Shown: positions 9,644 to 19,379, counted from the stretch's first letter. The stretch: 64,000 nucleotides of DNA from Candidatus Norongarragalinales archaeon (GCA_038884755.1 JAWABJ010000001.1:636953-700952); one strand, 5' to 3'. Made by a program: numbers and translations. Notes: generated from the sequence alone by a model not told the origin.

Positions 9644-10363
9644 CTATTCAAACAAAAGTATGATTATCCAAATCGAGACTACGCCGAAAAGGAAGGAAGC
9701 GAATTCTATCACGGATTTGTTCAACGCAGTTTCTTTCTTCAACTCGGGAATCAGGTCGGTGCAGGCAATGTAAATCAGCCCTCCTGCCGATAGGGGAAGC
9801 AGGACTGACGAAAGGTTGGGCACAACAGATGAAAAGTAAAACACGACCAAAGCACCCACGACTGCAGCAAAGGCTGAAAGCAGGTTGAAAAGCAACGCCT
9901 TTTTTTGCGTCATGCCCCCGTAAAGCAGTATGGTGTAATCTCCGAACTCTTGCGGAATTTCATGCGCTGCCACCGCGATTGTCGTAGTAAAGCCAAGCAT
10001 TGAGTCTTGAATGAAGGCTGCGGCTATTATCGTCCCGTCGAGGAAATTGTGGATGGCGTCGCCGATGAGGTTGAGCGTTGTGAAAGGGTGACGGTGGGTT
10101 TTGGAATGATGGTGGTGCCAGAACAAGATTTTTTCCAGGACGAAAAACAGGACTACTCCGAGCAAGGCGTATTCAAGCGTGCCGCCCGCCTCCAGGGACT
10201 CTGGAAGTAAGTCAAGAAAAACAACTGCGAGCATTGTTCCTGCAGCAAAGCTCACAAACAAGCCCAAGTTCTTTTCCGCAGTCTTGCTGACAACGAAAAC
10301 TATTCCAACCAAAGAAAGCACGCTGACGAGCAAAGTCGCAGCGATAATTTCAAGCAAAACCAA
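9644..10363 (-). CDS. ZIP family divalent metal (Zn/Fe) transporter
   Basis: 8 TM helices, His-rich loop (HHHHSKTHRH), HEIPQEFGDY signature. Confidence 0.8.
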   Translation of the reverse strand: MVLLEIIAATLLVSVLSLVGIVFVVSKTAEKNLGLFVSFAAGTMLAVVFLDLLPESLEAGGTLEYALLGVVLFFVLEKILFWHHHHSKTHRHPFTTLNLIGDAIHNFLDGTIIAAAFIQDSMLGFTTTIAVAAHEIPQEFGDYTILLYGGMTQKKALLFNLLSAFAAVVGALVVFYFSSVVPNLSSVLLPLSAGGLIYIACTDLIPELKKETALNKSVIEFASFLFGVVSIWIIILLFE

Positions 10364-10438
10364 AGCGTCCTACACCTTAAACTGCCAGTAATTAGAAGGC
10401 TAGACTGAAAATTAAAGAGTTTCGTTGTTTAAAAAAAA

Positions 10439-10735
10439 TCAGCAGCGGTAATACCCGTAGTAGTCGTAGTAGCAGTTGTACTGGTATGGATAGTACGTGC
10501 CGTACGCAACGGGGTAGTAATAGTCGTAGTAACGCCCGCAGTTGTAGCCGTAACAACCGTAGTAATAGCCGTACGGATAGTAGAAATAGCCGTACGAATA
10601 CTGGTAGGGGTAGCCGTAGTTGTAATTGTTGTAGTAATAGTTGTTGTACTCGTAATAGTAATTGTGTGAAGCGCTTGCTAACGGGGCAAGGGAAAACGCC
10701 ACCATCAAGCCCATTAGAACGCTCTTCAACTCCAT
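10439..10735 (-). CDS. secreted Tyr/Asn/Gly-rich low-complexity peptide with Cys residues (start moved to MELKS... signal peptide)
   Basis: Signal peptide MELKSVLMGLMVAFSLAPLASA then ~75-aa mature region with >40% Tyr (YYYEYNNYYYNNYNYGYPYQYSYGYFYYPYGYYYGCYGYNC...); ORF-track N-extension overlaps neighbouring gene. Confidence 0.55.
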   Translation of the reverse strand: MELKSVLMGLMVAFSLAPLASASHNYYYEYNNYYYNNYNYGYPYQYSYGYFYYPYGYYYGCYGYNCGRYYDYYYPVAYGTYYPYQYNCYYDYYGYYRC

Positions 10736-10797
10736 CCTGCACGCCCCCTTTTCAATAAAACCCTGTCGCGCTTTCGCTTTAAAGCTTTTGCCGTTTT

Positions 10798-11298
10798 TTA
10801 AAGCCTCTTGAACAGCCCGTATTCTTTCGCCCAACAGCCGAAAACTAGTCCCGAGTCTACGAACCACAATGCCGGATGCACCACGTCTATCGCCTGCGGG
10901 CCGTACTCCGCGCCCACGGCTATAGTGAAAGCTACGCGGAGCAGGTTGAAGGTGAAAAAGAAGGCGAAGTAGCCGAGCATGCGCAAGTGTGGAATGCGGG
11001 TTTTAGTGGCGTAAAGCAGCGCGAAAAACAGGGCCATCATTACCAAGCCGCTGCAGTCCACGACTATTTCGAAAGCAGCATTTTCCACCACCAAGCTCGC
11101 TCCGTCTCTCAGCACGCCGTAGCCGGCGCTTGAAAGGAGGGACTCTTGCAGTTGGGCTACGAGCAGATTGACTGGCCTGGGCTCGGCAAGCTTGAGGAGT
11201 GCGAAAATCAACGAGAAAACGGTGGTGAAATAAAACAAAAAGTGCTTTTCTTTTTCCGACAGGGAGAAAAAAGGGCGTTTGGTTTTCCGTACGTCCAT
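10798..11298 (-). CDS. exosortase/archaeosortase-family protein (short form)
   Basis: Polytopic membrane protein with conserved VVDCSGL (catalytic Cys) and Arg positions typical of exosortase/archaeosortase domain. Confidence 0.5.
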   Translation of the reverse strand: MDVRKTKRPFFSLSEKEKHFLFYFTTVFSLIFALLKLAEPRPVNLLVAQLQESLLSSAGYGVLRDGASLVVENAAFEIVVDCSGLVMMALFFALLYATKTRIPHLRMLGYFAFFFTFNLLRVAFTIAVGAEYGPQAIDVVHPALWFVDSGLVFGCWAKEYGLFKRL

Positions 11299-11301
11299 AA
11301 C

Positions 11302-11829
11302 TTACCACGGCACTTTCTTCAACTGCATCTTGTGCGCAAGCCAATTGAAAAACAAGTGCAGGAAATAAGTCAAGACCAAAAGCCAAAGCACGTCCCACCC
11401 GTTCAACAGCTTGAAGACTACGGGTTGGGAGTATGCTATAAAAAGCAGGGCGACGACCAAAAACAACAACTGGTCGAGGAGAAAGTACTGCGATCCGGGT
11501 GCAAGACCCAAACGGCGTTTCACGAAACTGCCGAGCAAGTCTCCAGCCATTGCTCCGGCAGAGGCGAAAAAGGCCAGGATAATCTTGTCTTCAACCGAAA
11601 ACCACGGCATGAAAGGAAAGAGTAATGCCACGATCGCGCCGGCCAGCGTTCCCGCGACTATCCCGGAAACAAGACCGCGAACGGTTTTGGAATCGCCGAA
11701 AACGCGTTTTCCGTCGAAAAACTTCATTCCAAAATCAACTGTCGCACCGCCGCCGAAAACCACTGGCGCGCCGTTGGAAATGAAGGCTGGAAAGACCAAA
11801 AGCAAAAGTTCCACGAAATCCACGTTCAA
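11302..11829 (-). CDS. carS: CDP-archaeol synthase
   Basis: ~175-aa membrane protein with GDLLGSFVKRRLG cytidylyltransferase motif typical of CarS. Confidence 0.75.
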   Translation of the reverse strand: MNVDFVELLLLVFPAFISNGAPVVFGGGATVDFGMKFFDGKRVFGDSKTVRGLVSGIVAGTLAGAIVALLFPFMPWFSVEDKIILAFFASAGAMAGDLLGSFVKRRLGLAPGSQYFLLDQLLFLVVALLFIAYSQPVVFKLLNGWDVLWLLVLTYFLHLFFNWLAHKMQLKKVPW

Positions 11830-11863
11830 AACCCCACGCGGGTGAAAGAATTTGTTTTAAGCA

Positions 11864-12052
11864 ATGCTTTTAACCGTTCGTTTGAAAAAAATATTAATGA
11901 CAGTCCAAGGTGACGACATAGTAAAATCGTGCAGGAACTGCTGGAACCAGCATTCTTTCGGCATCAGGCTTTCCGAAAGCAGGGGAATTCTGCACTGCCC
12001 CATCTGCCACCAAAAGTACGTGGTGGAAAAAGGGTTTTTGAAGACGGTTTGA
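11864..12052 (+). CDS. small Zn-ribbon protein (CxxC...CxxC)
   Basis: 62 aa with CRNC...CPIC pairs. Confidence 0.35.
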   Translation: MLLTVRLKKILMTVQGDDIVKSCRNCWNQHSFGIRLSESRGILHCPICHQKYVVEKGFLKTV

Positions 12053-12065
12053 AAGGGATTGCAAA

Positions 12066-12599
12066 ATGGGTTGGCTCGTTTCCAAAAAAGACTTCGAGGT
12101 CGAAGACGAGCGCAAGCTCGAGCCGCTTTTCAAGGAAGCGGTGGAATACGGCGCCGTTTTGAGCGTGCTGCACTTCGACGCCCACGCCAAGGAATCCAAC
12201 GCGGTGAAAGACTCTCTGGTGGATTTCCTCTCGCGCCTGACCAAGGAAGAGGGAGTGTTGTACTGCAAGGGGGAAATCGAGGAAACGGTAGGAAGCGAGC
12301 AGGAAGGCTTTTCATCCACCGCCGAAGTCAAGATTCTCACGGACTCTTTCCCAACGCTCCTCCGCATTTCCATGCGCTACGGGCCGGTGGCGTTGGAAAT
12401 CCTCGAGCCTCGGGAAATCAAGATGAACGTTCCCGAAATGCAGGATCTATTGTTGAGCGCAAGCGAAATCTCCAAGCAATACGCGTCTTACGTAGTCGAA
12501 AAAATTTGGGGGAAGGAAGAGCTGGAGAAATACCGCGAGCGCGTGATGAGGCAGTTGGAAGAAGGAAGGAAGCTTCGCGAAAAGGCTGAAAAGGAATAG
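12066..12599 (+). CDS. hypothetical protein (acidic, K/E-rich C-terminus)
   Basis: ORF with coding-like composition; no recognisable motif. Confidence 0.4.
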   Translation: MGWLVSKKDFEVEDERKLEPLFKEAVEYGAVLSVLHFDAHAKESNAVKDSLVDFLSRLTKEEGVLYCKGEIEETVGSEQEGFSSTAEVKILTDSFPTLLRISMRYGPVALEILEPREIKMNVPEMQDLLLSASEISKQYASYVVEKIWGKEELEKYRERVMRQLEEGRKLREKAEKE

Positions 12600-12610
12600 A
12601 ATACGTTTTT

Positions 12611-14260
12611 CTATTGCTTGAACAATTCTTCAGCCACGACCCCGTAAGCCGGACGCGTCACCGCAATGCCCAAAATCACTCCGAGCATGGTTGCAACAGC
12701 AAAGCCCGTCACTTCGACTATTCCGCTGGAAAACAGGGGGAACATCGAAGCTATGGATATCCCCGCGGTGGTGAAAACAATGAAGAAAGCGCGGGAGAGC
12801 TTTTCCTTAGCCCCGACTTCGGCCTCGTTTTCCCTTCGCTTTCTCGAAAACTCGTCGGTAATCACGATTTGGTTGTCCACTCCCGTTCCTATTATCGCGA
12901 TTACTCCAGCCATCGCGCTGAGGTCGAGCGTGCCGAAAGTGCCGAGTATCGCGAGAAGCAAAACCAATTCTATTATGCTTGTCGCGACTATGGGCAGTAT
13001 GAGTAAAAGCTTGCGGTAGCGTAGGGTGAGAAAGAGAGAAACGGCGAATACGGCGAAGAACAACGCAAACATACTGTAAAACAAGAATTGCCTACCCAGC
13101 GAGGGGGAAACGTCGTAATAGCTTCCCACTATGGTCGTTACTGGCAGCCTGCCGCCGGAAAGGATGCTTTTCAACTCCCTCAATTCCACGAGCGCGTTCT
13201 GCTGCTGTTCTTCAGGCGTAGCGCCCGAAGACATTCCGGTAATGGAATATTGCGTTATCGCATTTTGGCCCAGCGGTTCCACCTGCAACGTGGGCGCGGA
13301 GCGGAGGCCTATCGCCTTCCAAGAAAATACGCTGGAGCCGAACTGGGCTTCGAAAGACTGCGGAACGAAGTCCGCGTCTGGCTTTACCACTATTTTCTTT
13401 TCTGACTCAGGGTTTTCAGAAAACCCGCTTTCCTCCAAAACGCGTTTTACTCGCGGGTTCCCTTCCAAAAGCCCTTTCCCTACGACCACGCGCGTCTTGC
13501 CCTGCAGCGAAGAGTTGGAAACGTCTTCAGCGAAAACAAGCGTTATGTCGTCGCCTTGCTTGCGCAAAACGTCTTCAAGCGAATCTTGCGGAATTCCCGC
13601 GATCGCGCTCTTGTTCAGCAAAAGAACCGCGTTTTCAGGCCGGTCGAGAAACATCAAAACCGGAAAACCCCTTTTACCCTTGGCAGCCTGCGCGAAAAAC
13701 AACTCCCCCTCTCCGGTAATCGCGAAAGTCAAGCCCCACTGCGCGCCTCCTGCAGTGTTGGTTATTGTCTCGCCCCCGCTTCCGCCAATCGCGTTCGCTA
13801 TCACGTGCTCGCCGCTTAAAGCCTGCCTTCCGTCGATAATCGCCTCGAACTTCCCTTGCTCGCGCAAAATCCGTTCTATGTTTTCGATTACTTTCGAGTC
13901 TGCGCGCGGTATTTCCACGATTATTTCCTTATCGCCTAACGGCCTTACTATCGCCTGGCTTAACCCAAACGCATTGATGCGCGTTTTGATAGTGTCCACC
14001 ATCGACTGCATGGTTTCAGAGTCCACGCTCCGCTCTAGGGAAATGGGCACGCGCACGCCGCCGACGAATTCTATGCCCATGTGCGCGTCGAACGTCGCGG
14101 GGTTAAAGTCTTTCAAAAACAGCAGGCCTAACGCTATTACGAACGCAAGCAAGACCACTTGAACCCTGCGCCTTTGCAAAAGCTCTTTCCAACCCATTTT
14201 TACACGCTCTTTTCCTTGCGCTCGACGCTCCACAATATCAAAGGCGCGTTGCCCATCCAA
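12611..14260 (-). CDS. secD: protein-export membrane protein SecD
   Basis: N-terminal TM, large periplasmic domain, C-terminal 5-TM RND-like bundle; followed by secF. Confidence 0.8.
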   Translation of the reverse strand: MDGQRAFDIVERRAQGKERVKMGWKELLQRRRVQVVLLAFVIALGLLFLKDFNPATFDAHMGIEFVGGVRVPISLERSVDSETMQSMVDTIKTRINAFGLSQAIVRPLGDKEIIVEIPRADSKVIENIERILREQGKFEAIIDGRQALSGEHVIANAIGGSGGETITNTAGGAQWGLTFAITGEGELFFAQAAKGKRGFPVLMFLDRPENAVLLLNKSAIAGIPQDSLEDVLRKQGDDITLVFAEDVSNSSLQGKTRVVVGKGLLEGNPRVKRVLEESGFSENPESEKKIVVKPDADFVPQSFEAQFGSSVFSWKAIGLRSAPTLQVEPLGQNAITQYSITGMSSGATPEEQQQNALVELRELKSILSGGRLPVTTIVGSYYDVSPSLGRQFLFYSMFALFFAVFAVSLFLTLRYRKLLLILPIVATSIIELVLLLAILGTFGTLDLSAMAGVIAIIGTGVDNQIVITDEFSRKRRENEAEVGAKEKLSRAFFIVFTTAGISIASMFPLFSSGIVEVTGFAVATMLGVILGIAVTRPAYGVVAEELFKQ

Positions 14261-15297
14261 GTCGCGATGGAGTCGACCAGCGCACCTATCACGGCGACTG
14301 CGCCGACCTGGTAGTAGAACGGAATTTGCAGCAACAGCGACAAAGCAAGCAGGGTCCCGAACGCGATGAGCACGGACGCGTTCATAGTCAAGCCGGTTTT
14401 CATCGCGTCAAAAGCCCTTTGCGCAGCCGTCCCTTCCTTGCGTTTTACCACGCGCGCGGTAAGCATCACATCCGTGTCAAGCGAAAATCCGATTAGCATG
14501 AGCAAGGCAGCGACGCTCGCGAGAGTCAAAGGAATTCCCACTAAACCCATTACCCCGGCGGTTATGACTATGTCTGCAACCGCCCCGAAAATCACCGCGA
14601 AACTGGACGCCCACGCGCGGAATATTAGGAAGATTATGACTGCCGAGAGAATGAAAGAATACAAAACGACTTCGCGGGTTTTAGTGACGAAAAACTTGCT
14701 TAGCGAAGAGCCGACTTCCTTGAACGAAGCGTTTTCGACGGAAACCACGCTTGCCAGGGCTTGCGAAACTTCGTGCCTGTAAGAGCTTCGCGCGTTCAAA
14801 AACGCCTGTTGCGCCTGCTCTACCGCTTTTCGCGCATCAGGCTCGCCCAACTGCCTTTCGGAAAACAGCGAGTTCAACTCCCGGGCTTTTGCTAAAACCT
14901 GCCGCCCTTTTTCCGCAGCAAGAGGTGAATTCGCTATTTCCAATTGCACGAGCTCGTTGTTCAAGGAATTCATTTCCGACAAGAGCGTTTCGCCTTTCGC
15001 TAGGTTCTCGTCGGAAGGAATTTCTATTTCCACCCCGCTTCCGGCGGGCGAGGAGAAACTGCGTATGCTTGCAGAGCCGAATTGCGCCAAAGCACCCTGA
15101 ATTTCAACTATTTTTTTTGGCGAAACCTCGCCGTCAGTAAAAACGGTTATGAGCAACCCTCCTCTCAAGTCAATGCCTTGCGGTATTTGCGGAATGTAGA
15201 ACAAAGCCGCAACGATTAGCACTAAGGGGAACACGAAATACAATTTGTAGTGCTTGTTTTCGTAAGGGTTGGAAATATGCATTTTGAGTAAGCCCAC
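14200..15297 (-). CDS. secF: protein-export membrane protein SecF
   Basis: SecF architecture (TM1, periplasmic domain, 5 TM with conserved GxxxD/PxxD-like region); overlaps secD by ~60 nt. Confidence 0.75.
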   Translation of the reverse strand: MGLLKMHISNPYENKHYKLYFVFPLVLIVAALFYIPQIPQGIDLRGGLLITVFTDGEVSPKKIVEIQGALAQFGSASIRSFSSPAGSGVEIEIPSDENLAKGETLLSEMNSLNNELVQLEIANSPLAAEKGRQVLAKARELNSLFSERQLGEPDARKAVEQAQQAFLNARSSYRHEVSQALASVVSVENASFKEVGSSLSKFFVTKTREVVLYSFILSAVIIFLIFRAWASSFAVIFGAVADIVITAGVMGLVGIPLTLASVAALLMLIGFSLDTDVMLTARVVKRKEGTAAQRAFDAMKTGLTMNASVLIAFGTLLALSLLLQIPFYYQVGAVAVIGALVDSIATWMGNAPLILWSVERKEKSV

Positions 15298-15417
15298 CGT
15301 TTAGCGCCCTATCAGTGATGATTAAAAGCCGCTTAGAAAAACTAGGCGCGAGAGGCTTAAAAACTCTTTTGAAAAGCAAAGGGTTTTTCTTGATTGGCAT
15401 GGAAGATTATTGTTCAA

Positions 15418-15587
15418 GCAGGGGTAGCGAAGCCTGGTCAAGAACCTTTTTGCTCTCGCAAAAAGCTTCACCAAAAACGCGACAGGTTCAGGGCCTGTTC
15501 TCTCAGGAGTTCGAGGGTTCAAATTGAGCAAAGCGCTGGCTTTGCAACGTTTCACTCGCTTTGCTCGTGAAACTCCCTCCCCCTGCA
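15418..15587 (+). tRNA. tRNA-Leu (CAG) with two non-canonical introns (D-loop hairpin intron ~15442-15472; 50-nt intron between T-loop and T-stem 3' strand, 15525-15574)
   Basis: Exons closely parallel the intronless tRNA-Leu(UAG) at 52704-52788: GCAGGGGTAGCG..., anticodon stem ACAGG/CCTGT loop TTCAGGG, long variable arm TCTCTCAGGAGTTC, T-arm GAGGG-TTCAAAT-[intron]-CCCTC, acceptor CCCCTGC+A; T-arm intron is a perfect 10-bp hairpin GAGCAAAGCG/CGCTTTGCTC. Confidence 0.7.
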
Positions 15588-15651
15588 CTTAGACCTGCGG
15601 AAAGCATGGAGTATAAAATCAGCCCCGCTACTATATCCTATAGAAGAGGTA

Positions 15652-16098
15652 ATGGGCTATATGGCAAGCAACACCAAAAAGAGCATGCAGAAGTCCAAGG
15701 GATTCTCGGACTTTGAGCGTGAAGCGATGAAAGAGCGCGCCCAAGAGCTGATGGCGGGCAAGGCCGACGGGGAAAGCGCCATGCTCACGAAGATCGCCGA
15801 GATGCCGGAACCGGATCGCACGATGGCCAAGCGGCTCCATGCTATCGTCAAAGCCAGCGCGCCAGCCCTCTCACCCAAAACCTGGTATGGAATGCCCGCT
15901 TACGCCAACAAAGACGGCAAGGTCGTCTGCTTCTTCCAAAGCGCAAAGAAGTTCAAAACGAGGTATGCTGCACTGGGTTTTAGCGACGCGGCAAATCTTG
16001 ACGAAGGCGCCATGTGGCCGACCACCTTCGCGCTGAAGAAATTGACTGCCGCAGAAGAGGCAAAAATCGCCGCGCTCGTGAAGAAAGCAGTAAGCTGA
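15652..16098 (+). CDS. DUF1801 (YdhG-like) domain protein
   Basis: [13 protein letters not shown]...[35 protein letters not shown] pattern typical of DUF1801. Confidence 0.6.
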   Translation: MGYMASNTKKSMQKSKGFSDFEREAMKERAQELMAGKADGESAMLTKIAEMPEPDRTMAKRLHAIVKASAPALSPKTWYGMPAYANKDGKVVCFFQSAKKFKTRYAALGFSDAANLDEGAMWPTTFALKKLTAAEEAKIAALVKKAVS

Positions 16099-16169
16099 CA
16101 AAGTTTACCACGGGGCTCCGTGCAGATGGCTGCAGCGTTGCCCGGCTGGATCCCTTAAGCGTTCAGAGC

Positions 16170-16622
16170 TCAAATCCAACCAGCCTTTTTGTAGGCTCTA
16201 ATCCCTTCCTTGAGCAAAACTCCCAAGTCCTCCAGCACCTGCGCGTCAAGCGAAGAAACGTTGAAGCAAGACTTTCCCTTCAAAAACTTTCTCGTCAACG
16301 GACTTTTCGTCTTGCTCAACAGCGCAGGGTGAGAGTATACAGGCATGGAGTAAAAGCCCACGAAAGTCTTTTGCAGTATTATTCCTGCAACGTAGGTCTT
16401 CTTCGGCTTTCTCACGGGTATAGAAACTTCCTTCCTACCGTAAAGGTGCAAACCGGGCGTTCCTCCCTTAGCTCGCGAACCTACAATCGTAGGACGAAGC
16501 TCCAAACCATTGGAGTTGTCTTTCAAAAGTTTTGCTAGAGACTTGAAAACAACATTCAAGTTTTCCAAGTTCTTCCAACCTGTTTGGAGAAAACAAAAAA
16601 AGCTAGAGGCTCTTCTTCTCAA
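16170..16622 (-). CDS. DUF1801-like domain protein (start uncertain)
   Basis: FVGFYSMPVYSHPALL...KGKSCFNVSSLDAQVLEDLGVLLKEGIRAY resembles DUF1801 C-terminal half; convergent with 15652-16098. Confidence 0.45.
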   Translation of the reverse strand: MRRRASSFFCFLQTGWKNLENLNVVFKSLAKLLKDNSNGLELRPTIVGSRAKGGTPGLHLYGRKEVSIPVRKPKKTYVAGIILQKTFVGFYSMPVYSHPALLSKTKSPLTRKFLKGKSCFNVSSLDAQVLEDLGVLLKEGIRAYKKAGWI

Positions 16623-17034
16623 CTTTAGACTCGAATTGCTCGTCGTTCAATTGCCCGTTCACCCAAGCTTCGACGTCAGCGTTCGCCACAGTCCACATTG
16701 TCGTAGCGTTCCCACCGGAATATTGCACTGCGATTATTTTCTGCGAGCCTTGAGAGCTTGCAGAAGCAGCGCCTATCACGAACTTTTGCATGACGCCGGA
16801 ATCAAAGCCTTCAGGCAATTCATACGCAACATACGCTTGCGCTTCGCTCACGTCGACAAAAGGCTCCTGAATACCGCCCCCCAACAACGTCGCATATAAT
16901 TCAGTATTCCGAAGAGCCTGCTCTTCTTCAGGGTCGCTGTATTCGGCAACACCCTGCTGTGCGAAGAGGAGAAAATAAGCGGCGCCCGCGAGAGCGAGAA
17001 CGACGACGATTGCGATTATTGCAAGCTTATTCAT
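16603..17034 (-). CDS. secreted hypothetical protein
   Basis: N-terminal signal/TM anchor (MNKLAIIAIVVVLALAGAAYFLLFA), acidic mature domain. Confidence 0.5.
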   Translation of the reverse strand: MNKLAIIAIVVVLALAGAAYFLLFAQQGVAEYSDPEEEQALRNTELYATLLGGGIQEPFVDVSEAQAYVAYELPEGFDSGVMQKFVIGAASASSQGSQKIIAVQYSGGNATTMWTVANADVEAWVNGQLNDEQFESKVEKKSL

Positions 17035-17037
17035 TTT

Positions 17038-17820
17038 TTATCTCCTGTTTCCCCATCGGTTTCTTGAATCCAGAGGGCCCAAGTCTATGGTGCGCGTGTT
17101 CATCAAATGCCGGGCGGTGTTCGAATGAGCGCCTATCCCCATCATGTAAGCGAATTGCGCGGGCCCGTGAAGGTTGGGATTGAGCAGCGCAATGTCGGCA
17201 GGCCCTATCAAGCCCGGATTCAAACGCAGAATGTCGTTCGGGCCGATCAAGCCGGGGTTTATCTTGAAAATGTTCCACGGGCCTACGGCGTTAGGGCTTC
17301 TGCTGACAGTGTCGTAAATCAAGCCCGGGCTGCGAGCGAGATAACCGGGCGGTCGCGCGAAGTAAATGCCGAAATTACGGGCATCGTTCGAGTAAAACTC
17401 GTGGCGCGGAGAAGTATACCAAGTTCGTGCGGGACACGAAGCTTGCGCGCGGATTGCAGCTTGGATTGCAGCGTGTTTTGAAGCGTCAATCGCGTATATC
17501 GTAATCGCATTCTTGGACAAAAGGCATTTCAAATGTGAAGCCTTGTCTTCAGCGTTCGATAGCGAGCGCATTGCGTTATCCGTAGTCGTGATAGTGAAAT
17601 CCGGTTCCCCCCCGCTGGCGCGCGAAAACTCGGCGCCATTCCAAGAGTAGAAGTCGTTTTGGCTTCCCACGCGGATTTGAACCAACGCCTTCGAGCCGAG
17701 CAACTGCCTCATTTCGGGAGTGCCGGCCGCTTGGTTGACGAGAGTCTGCAGTTCTTCCGCGCTCGCGGCGTAAGTAGAGGCGAATAATAATAGTAACGCT
17801 ATTGCTCCCCACGCCTTCAT
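17038..17820 (-). CDS. secreted protein with triplicated (L/I)NPGLIGP(N/A)DI repeats
   Basis: Signal peptide MKAWGAIALLLLFAS; three tandem NPGLIGP repeats near C-terminus. Confidence 0.5.
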   Translation of the reverse strand: MKAWGAIALLLLFASTYAASAEELQTLVNQAAGTPEMRQLLGSKALVQIRVGSQNDFYSWNGAEFSRASGGEPDFTITTTDNAMRSLSNAEDKASHLKCLLSKNAITIYAIDASKHAAIQAAIRAQASCPARTWYTSPRHEFYSNDARNFGIYFARPPGYLARSPGLIYDTVSRSPNAVGPWNIFKINPGLIGPNDILRLNPGLIGPADIALLNPNLHGPAQFAYMMGIGAHSNTARHLMNTRTIDLGPLDSRNRWGNRR

Positions 17821-17894
17821 AGTAAAAACCAACTCAAAGGTTGTTTAAAAAACGTTGCTTACGCTTTTTTCTCCCTGCAATCGTGTCAAGGAAG

Positions 17895-19193
17895 TCAAGG
17901 CGTCAGCCTGTTCCTGTCGCGCGGGAACAAAGCGCACTCGCGAATATTACTGCGATTAGCAAGCTTCATGCAAAAACGCTCGGCGCCGATGCTCCAGCCT
18001 GCGTGCGGAACCGCGCCGTATCGAAACGCGTTGACATACCACTCGAAATCCGCCGGCTTGAGGTTTCGGGCTTTCAACTGCGCTACAAGCGTGTCGGGAT
18101 CATGTATTCTCTGCGCGCCGCTCGCTATTTCCAATCCTTTGAAAACCAAATCGTAAGATTTGCATACTTTCGGGTTTTCTTCCAAAGGCATTGCGTAGAA
18201 CGCGCGGGAAAGCGTGGGCCACCGGATTGTGAAAAACGCGTCAGCTCCGAGAATCTTCGGAAGCTGGGAATCGGCTTCTTTAGGAATGTCTTGGCCCCAG
18301 TCCACTTTGAACCCTTTCTTGTCGAGTTTTTCCAAAACCTCGTCGTAAGTGAAGCGCGGAACTTCCTTCGGAATTTCGTACTCCGCGTCCAAAAGCTTCA
18401 ATTGCGCGGCGCAGTTTTTCTTGACGCTCTTCAAAACGTGCAAAAAGAATTCTTCCAAGTAATCGAGCGCCTTGAAATCGTCTATGAAAGCGCATTCGAT
18501 ATCCATCTGAGTGCTTTCGTTCAAATGCACGGTCGTATTGTGCTTTTCAGCTCTGAAAACGGGAACAGTCATGAACACTCGCGTCATTCCGCCCAACACG
18601 GCCAGTTGTTTGTAAAGCTGCGGGCTTTGAGCCAGGAAAGCTTTCTTTTCAAAATATTTAACCTCAAAAACGTCCGTCCCGCCTTCACTCGCGCTTTCCA
18701 AAAGCGTCGGGGGGTTTATTTCCTGGAAGCCCAGTTCAATAGCTTTTTCGCGGAACGCCTTTTGCAATTCCGCGCGGATTTTGAAAGTAGCCTGGGTTTC
18801 CAAACGCCTCAAGTCCACGGAACGGTTGTCCAAACGCACGTCAATGTCTGCAGGAACTTTGCCCGTCAATTCGAACGGGACTTGTTTTACAACTTTCCCC
18901 AGGATTTCGATTTTCGAAGGCGAGATTTCGCACCCGAAGGCGGAAACGCCCGGGTTTTTCTTTACCGTGCCTTCGACGAAAACGCTTGTTTCCTTCACCA
19001 GAGTTTCGGCTGCCTTGGCGAGTTCGGGTTGTTCGATTTTTTTTATCGTCACCTGCGCCAAGCCGCCTTTCTCGCGAAGCACCAGGAACAAGAGTTTTCC
19101 CACGTCGCGCTTTTCGTGCACCCAACCCGCAACTCGCACGCGCTTTCCGTCGAGCTCGGGGGTTATTTGGGACAAGGAGTGAGTCAATTCCAT
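17895..19193 (-). CDS. aspS: aspartyl-tRNA synthetase, archaeal type
   Basis: N-terminal OB anticodon-binding domain, class II motifs 1-3 (FRAE, GAxRxxD-like ending FPRDRNRLTP); 432 aa. Confidence 0.9.
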   Translation of the reverse strand: MELTHSLSQITPELDGKRVRVAGWVHEKRDVGKLLFLVLREKGGLAQVTIKKIEQPELAKAAETLVKETSVFVEGTVKKNPGVSAFGCEISPSKIEILGKVVKQVPFELTGKVPADIDVRLDNRSVDLRRLETQATFKIRAELQKAFREKAIELGFQEINPPTLLESASEGGTDVFEVKYFEKKAFLAQSPQLYKQLAVLGGMTRVFMTVPVFRAEKHNTTVHLNESTQMDIECAFIDDFKALDYLEEFFLHVLKSVKKNCAAQLKLLDAEYEIPKEVPRFTYDEVLEKLDKKGFKVDWGQDIPKEADSQLPKILGADAFFTIRWPTLSRAFYAMPLEENPKVCKSYDLVFKGLEIASGAQRIHDPDTLVAQLKARNLKPADFEWYVNAFRYGAVPHAGWSIGAERFCMKLANRSNIRECALFPRDRNRLTP

Positions 19194-19247
19194 GCGAAAT
19201 CCACCAAATTACTTATAAGCGAGGTTGTTTTTTAAATTGAGAACGTA

Positions 19248-19379
19248 TGGGGGATCTGAGATTCGAAGTCCGGAGCTTTTCTTTCTTTTCCAAGGTTTTC
19301 TTTCTTTCGCAAAGAAAGAAAAGCTTCTCAGGTCGCCAGCTCCCAAAGCTGGCAGGATACCAGGCTACCCCAATCCCCC
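19248..19379 (-). tRNA. tRNA-Pro (UGG) with ~59-nt intron inserted between T-stem 5' strand and T-loop (19268-19326)
   Basis: Minus-strand fold: acceptor GGGGGAT/ATCCCCC+A, D GGGT/ATCC, anticodon stem CCAGC/GCTGG loop TTTGGGA (G37), T-stem CTGAG...[intron]...TTCGAAT CTCAG; intron built of TTTCTTTC...GAAAGAAA hairpin repeats. Confidence 0.65.
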
